In this document: one piece after another, positions 18,919 to 20,000 of the stretch | Numbering within the stretch: position 1 is the first letter of the stretch | Layout of the letters: every line of letters starts with the position of its first letter | Source: Minutocellus sp. GHC0000111 | Taxonomy: Eukaryota | DNA length: 20,000 bases | NCBI GenBank assembly: GCA_977018835.1 | Contig: OZ361256.1 | Span: forward strand, 7,488,894 to 7,508,893 | Reading direction: 5' to 3' | Notes under the pieces: model-generated | What the model was told of the DNA's origin: nothing | The model's database searches: none | What the model saw: only the letters and a program-made list of their open reading frames with translations | Position numbers and translations under genes: made by a program

Positions 18919-18992
18919 TAGAATGTTGTGTGTTCCTTTAGTTTACACATGTTCGATGAAGACTGTGCACTGACTTTCGTCGCAGAGCCAAG

Positions 18993-20000
18993 CTAGTATG
19001 CCCGATAATTACTACCAGCAGTGGGGTAAGGAGCCGGCAGACCCAGAGGCGGTCCCCCCACAACACCACCTGCACCACGACCGGTGGTTGTGGCGGTTAA
19101 CTCCTCCCGGGCAATGGTGGCATCCCTCACGTCCCTCTGCACAATGGCCGACAGCTCGTCCATGCCCACCCTCTGCCGGGCCAGCAGGGCACGGAGGTCG
19201 GCCAACCCCTGCTCCGACACGGCTTCCCCTCGCCGGTGCGCATCGATACCACCCCCCGCAGCGGCCATACTTCGGAGGGCATGGACGTGATGCCTCCCCC
19301 GCTCCTCGACGTCGGCCAGCGCCCTCCCGACGGCATCGACGCCTCTCCGGACGGCCTCGACTCGCTCGGCGGCCTCCCGTTCGGCCACCTGCAATGGCAA
19401 ATTGGTACACCGGACGATCTCCACCCGTCGCATCAACTTGAGCAGCCGGGAACGCAGCGCCGCATGATCCCGCTGCGCGGCACGGGTGGCATCGTCGCTC
19501 TTGGACATTTGCACGCGGAGGTCGGACAGATGTCCCCGGAGCTGGGTGCAGTATCCGGCATACGTCTTGCTCCTCTCGTTCTGATCGTTCATCCGTCGGA
19601 TCAATTCTTCGGCCCCCACCAGGACCACCGGTATCAGCTCGTTGGGGTCGGGATTGCACGCCACGGCCTCGGCCCAGGTTTTGGCATCGACGTGGGAGGG
19701 GCGGGGGGGCAGGTGGTGCGGACCGTGGAGCAGACGCGATTGGCGCTGTTCGGTCGTCATGGGATCGTAGAACACGTACTGGAAGCGACATTGCGACGAG
19801 GGGAGCTGGGCGTGGTGCGGGGTGGTCCCGATGAGGTGGGAGGGGTCCGAGACACGGGGATTGTACTGGGAGTGGAGGGAGAGGAGGCCGGCCTCGAGGC
19901 GGGCCGATTCCTGCCGACGGGCCAGGGTTACCGATGCCGAGGCTGCTGCTGGTGCGGCGGCGGCAGGTGCTGCCGGAGCGGGTGCACCGAAACCAAAGCC
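18993..20000 (-). CDS. NUP54: Nucleoporin Nup54/Nup57 (partial; 5' end beyond the window)
   Basis: The frame is open from 20000 (GFGFGAPAP, end of an FG region). It continues through CRFQYVFY, PPRPSHVDAKTWAEAVACNPDPNELIPVVLVGAEELIRRM..Q and a long coiled coil (LRSRLLKLMRRVEI). Confidence 0.85.
   Translation of the reverse strand, partial: GFGFGAPAPAAPAAAAPAAASASVTLARRQESARLEAGLLSLHSQYNPRVSDPSHLIGTTPHHAQLPSSQCRFQYVFYDPMTTEQRQSRLLHGPHHLPPRPSHVDAKTWAEAVACNPDPNELIPVVLVGAEELIRRMNDQNERSKTYAGYCTQLRGHLSDLRVQMSKSDDATRAAQRDHAALRSRLLKLMRRVEIVRCTNLPLQVAEREAAERVEAVRRGVDAVGRALADVEERGRHHVHALRSMAAAGGGIDAHRRGEAVSEQGLADLRALLARQRVGMDELSAIVQRDVRDATIAREELTATTTGRGAGGVVGGPPLGLPAPYPTAGSNYRAY

Overview
Gene-dense eukaryotic nuclear DNA. 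It is probably a diatom or related stramenopile, inferred from a signal-peptide+AF plastid-type presequence, a helicase-associated (HA) domain, and ankyrin-like and 'NDFNR' kinase types typical of diatoms. About 11 protein-coding genes are present, mostly in alternating head-to-head and tail-to-tail orientation, with no obvious introns: a partial secreted-looking protein, a 1069-aa protein with six Tudor-knot/chromo-barrel domains, TTC4/Cns1, a LYR-motif protein, a TTC38-like protein, a large HA + zinc-finger + J-domain protein, TruB, a membrane-anchored kinase, a TruA-family pseudouridine synthase, an ankyrin-like protein and partial Nup54. Two things stand out. First, eight apparent frameshifts fall in four genes between 7.9 and 16.4 kb; seven are in the -1 register, most lie at short homopolymers, and the outer genes are intact. 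Assembly indels are the most likely cause, but recoding, editing or decay cannot be excluded. Second, the six-Tudor-knot protein has no catalytic or MRG domain and its aromatic cages are degenerate. No RNA genes, CRISPR arrays or mobile elements were recognised.
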